Part shown: positions 1-1,068 of the stretch, one piece after another
Position numbering within the stretch: position 1 is the stretch's first letter
How the letters are laid out: each line of letters begins with the position of its first letter
NCBI GenBank assembly: GCA_000004985.1
Contig: GG739584.1
DNA from: Naegleria gruberi
Lineage: Eukaryota
Reading direction: 5' to 3' (one strand)
Length of the DNA: 1,068 nucleotides
The notes under the pieces: model-generated
Told to the model about the DNA's origin: nothing
What the model saw: only the letters and a program-made list of their open reading frames with translations
The model's database searches: none
Translations under genes and position numbers: made by a program

Positions 1-365
1 AATGATCAAATCATCACTTCAATTCAATTCCATAGGTACTATCGTAGACGCAGGTAAAGTATAGATCCTTTATCAGGTTCGGGACTTTACGAGCGTCAGT
101 GAGTCGACAAGAAGCCCTGTCTCGCCCAGGTACGACAGTAGGTCCCTTCAAAGAGGGGTCATAAGTGGTCTCCTTATTTGATACGGTCCAATCCCTTTTG
201 GCTACCACTAGATAGAGATAATCTTTATGTTTACTCAGTGGGACTGAACCTAACTCAGCATCACAGTAAGACTCATAACTTAGAGGCTTTCAGTTATACA
301 TCTACATGCGTGGCGAAAAGCCACATCATTTCAAACGGACCTGCAACTAAATGCATGGCAAAGCT
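1..365 (-). other. Domain VI distal part of the LSU rRNA 3' to the sarcin-ricin loop, including lineage-variable expansion segments (helix 98 / helix 101 area) and the probable mature 3' terminus near positions 1-10
   Basis: The conserved blocks (GAACGCCTCTAAGT-like CTGAAAGCCTCTAAGTTATGAGTC at ~270-295 in reverse complement) are interspersed with AT-rich variable sequence. In yeast the distance from the sarcin-ricin loop to the 3' end is ~375 nt, which would place the terminus near the window start. The terminal reverse complement ...GATGATTTGATCATT resembles the common ...GATTTGT 3' ends of 25S/28S. Confidence 0.6.
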
Positions 366-379
366 GTTCCTCTCGTACT
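366..379 (-). other. Sarcin-ricin loop (helix 95) of the LSU rRNA: AGTACGAGAGGAAC
   Basis: The plus strand reads gttcctctcgtact, whose reverse complement AGTACGAGAGGAAC is the universally conserved sarcin-ricin loop motif. It is intact. Confidence 0.9.
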
Positions 380-408
380 AAGATTTACTACTGGCACCGA
401 AATTGGTT

Positions 409-462
<54 letters not shown>

Positions 463-466
463 GTTA

Positions 467-481
467 GTGGGTGAACAATCC
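467..481 (-). other. A-loop region (helix 92) of the LSU rRNA: GGATTGTTCACCCAC
   Basis: The reverse complement of 467-481 is GGATTGTTCACCCAC, identical to the eukaryotic 25S/28S A-loop block. The bacterial equivalent is GGCUGUUCGCCAUU. Confidence 0.8.
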
Positions 482-504
482 AACACTTTGCGAATTCTGC
501 TTCG

Positions 505-517
<13 letters not shown>

Positions 518-532
<15 letters not shown>
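518..532 (-). other. Central-loop segment of the peptidyl transferase centre: CTTCGATGTCGGCTC
   Basis: The reverse complement of 518-532 is CTTCGATGTCGGCTC, followed by TTCCTATCAT as in yeast and human. It corresponds to the E. coli ~2500-2510 GAUGUCGGCUC block. Confidence 0.85.

Positions 533-569
<37 letters not shown>

Positions 570-584
<15 letters not shown>
570..584 (-). other. Peptidyl-transferase-centre segment GGGATAACTGGCTTG, equivalent to the E. coli G2447/A2451 region
   Basis: The reverse complement of 570-584 is GGGATAACTGGCTTG, which is the eukaryotic form. Bacteria have GGGAUAACAGGCUGAUACC. Confidence 0.85.
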
Positions 585-585
<1 letters not shown>

Positions 586-1068
586 ATGGTAATTTTTCTG
601 ACACCTCTAGCCTCAAACTTTGAGATCCTGTGTTGCCACAGAAACTAAAGGATCGCTGGGACATGCTTTCGCATCTAATACCTTTACTGGAGGTATTAGT
701 CAAGCCATCTATTGGCCTTATCCGCAACACAAGGTTTCTGACCTTGTTGTGATGACCTTTGTACACCTGCGTTATCTTTTAACAGATGTGCCGACCCAGC
801 CAAACTCCCCACCTGGCGATGTTCTCCATCGATCATGAACTCGAATTCTTTTTACCAGAAAAGTGTATCACTACACTCGTTCTCTTATGAAGTTAGTAGA
901 ATAACAATAAGGAGTAGTGGTATTACATTGACGCCGGAGCTCCCACCTATACTATACCTCCTTCGTTATTCTACAACGCCAGACTAGAGTCAAACTCAAC
1001 AGGGTCTTCTTTCCCCGCTAACCAAACCAAGCCCGTTCCCTTGGCTGTAGGTTCGCTAGACAGTAGGT

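Larger units (their letters stand above)
1..1068 (-). rRNA. Large-subunit rRNA of eukaryotic nuclear 25S/26S/28S type; partial gene covering the 3' ~1 kb (domain IV end, domain V, domain VI). The 5' part of the gene lies beyond position 1068; the 3' end is at or near position 1.
   Basis: The reverse complement of the window aligns contiguously, from my memory of the sequences, to yeast 25S and human 28S, with no indels in the conserved core. It begins ACCTACTGTCTAGCGAACCTACAGCCAAGGGAACGGGCTTGG...GCGGGGAAAGAAGACCCTGTTGAG (yeast: CTATCTAGCGAAACCACAGCCAAGGGAACGGGCTTGG...GCGGGGAAAGAAGACCCTGTTGAG). It continues through ...CAGGTGGGGAGTTTGGCTGGG(T/G)CGGCACATCTGTTAAA(A/C)GATAACGCAG... and TTACCA(T/C)AGGGATAACTGGCTTGTGGC...AAGCGTTCATAGCGAC...TTTTTGAT(C/T)CTTCGATGTCGGCTCTTCCTATCAT...GAAGCAGAATTC...TTGGATTGTTCACCCACTAA(C/T)AGGGAACGTGAGCTGGGTTTAGACCGTCGTGAGACAGGTTAGTTTTACCCTACT to ...TAGTACGAGAGGAACAG. 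The stem TTGCGAA/TTCGCAA (yeast ACCGAA/TTCGGT, human GTGAA/TTCAC) shows compensatory base-pair changes, as expected of a functional structured RNA. Confidence 0.95.

Noticed and set aside
19-31. Short tandem repeat caattc-caattc near the window start
   Set aside because: It has only two units, lies within or at the terminal helix and 3' end of the rRNA, and is too short to call a repeat element or a terminator.
14-208. 64-aa ORF on the minus strand
   Set aside because: It lies entirely within the domain VI 3' region of the rRNA gene, on the same strand as the rRNA. It has no RBS or Kozak context and no recognisable protein features, and its length is consistent with chance in this sequence.
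178-381. 67-aa ORF on the plus strand (antisense to the rRNA), overlapping the sarcin-ricin loop
   Set aside because: It is antisense to a highly conserved structural RNA. Yeast does have one antisense-to-25S gene (TAR1), but I cannot recognise any similarity to it from memory, and the ORF is short with a low-complexity composition. I treat it as spurious unless a translated search says otherwise.
584-766. 60-aa ORF on the minus strand
   Set aside because: It sits within domain V of the rRNA on the rRNA strand, and it overlaps an opposite-strand ORF (620-838), which is typical of frame artefacts. It is not coding.
620-838. 72-aa ORF on the plus strand (antisense to the rRNA)
   Set aside because: The same reasoning applies: it is embedded in a conserved rRNA core, and there is no support for translation. 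Mutually overlapping ORFs on both strands in this interval indicate chance open frames.
1030-1068. Window edge falls close to the conserved R1/R2 retrotransposon target region of 28S (…CTAGCGAAACCACAGCCAAGGGAACGGGC…)
   Set aside because: The sequence up to the edge matches the uninterrupted 28S consensus. The boundary is an arbitrary window cut, and nothing in the window indicates an insertion junction.
1-1068. Possibility of bacterial 23S, mitochondrial or plastid LSU rRNA
   Set aside because: The signature blocks are eukaryotic-cytoplasmic (GGGATAACTGGCTTG, GGATTGTTCACCCACTAA, GACCGTCGTGAGACAGGTTAGTTTTACCCTACT). The bacterial, archaeal and organellar versions differ at these positions.

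Overview
The whole 1068-bp window is the 3' third of a large-subunit ribosomal RNA gene on the minus strand. Reverse-complemented, it aligns without breaks and block for block to eukaryotic nuclear 25S/28S rRNA, from the end of domain IV through domains V and VI. The corresponding S. cerevisiae 25S positions are roughly 2370 to the 3' end. The peptidyl-transferase-centre motifs (GGGATAACTGGCTTG, CTTCGATGTCGGCTC), the A-loop (GGATTGTTCACCC), GGGTTTAGACCGTCGTGAGACAGGTTAG, and the sarcin-ricin loop (AGTACGAGAGGAAC) are all present, intact and in the right order. The diagnostic blocks are nuclear-eukaryotic in type, not bacterial, archaeal or organellar. The region after the sarcin-ricin loop (window 1-365) is a lineage-specific, AT-rich expansion that probably runs to or near the mature 3' end at the very start of the window. 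All four supplied ORFs are frame artefacts inside the rRNA. I see no protein-coding genes, mobile elements, introns, CRISPR repeats or novel system here. The only points worth a second look are the eukaryotic identity of the rRNA (contamination or host DNA if the assembly was expected to be prokaryotic), its unplaced lineage, and the exact position of the 3' terminus.
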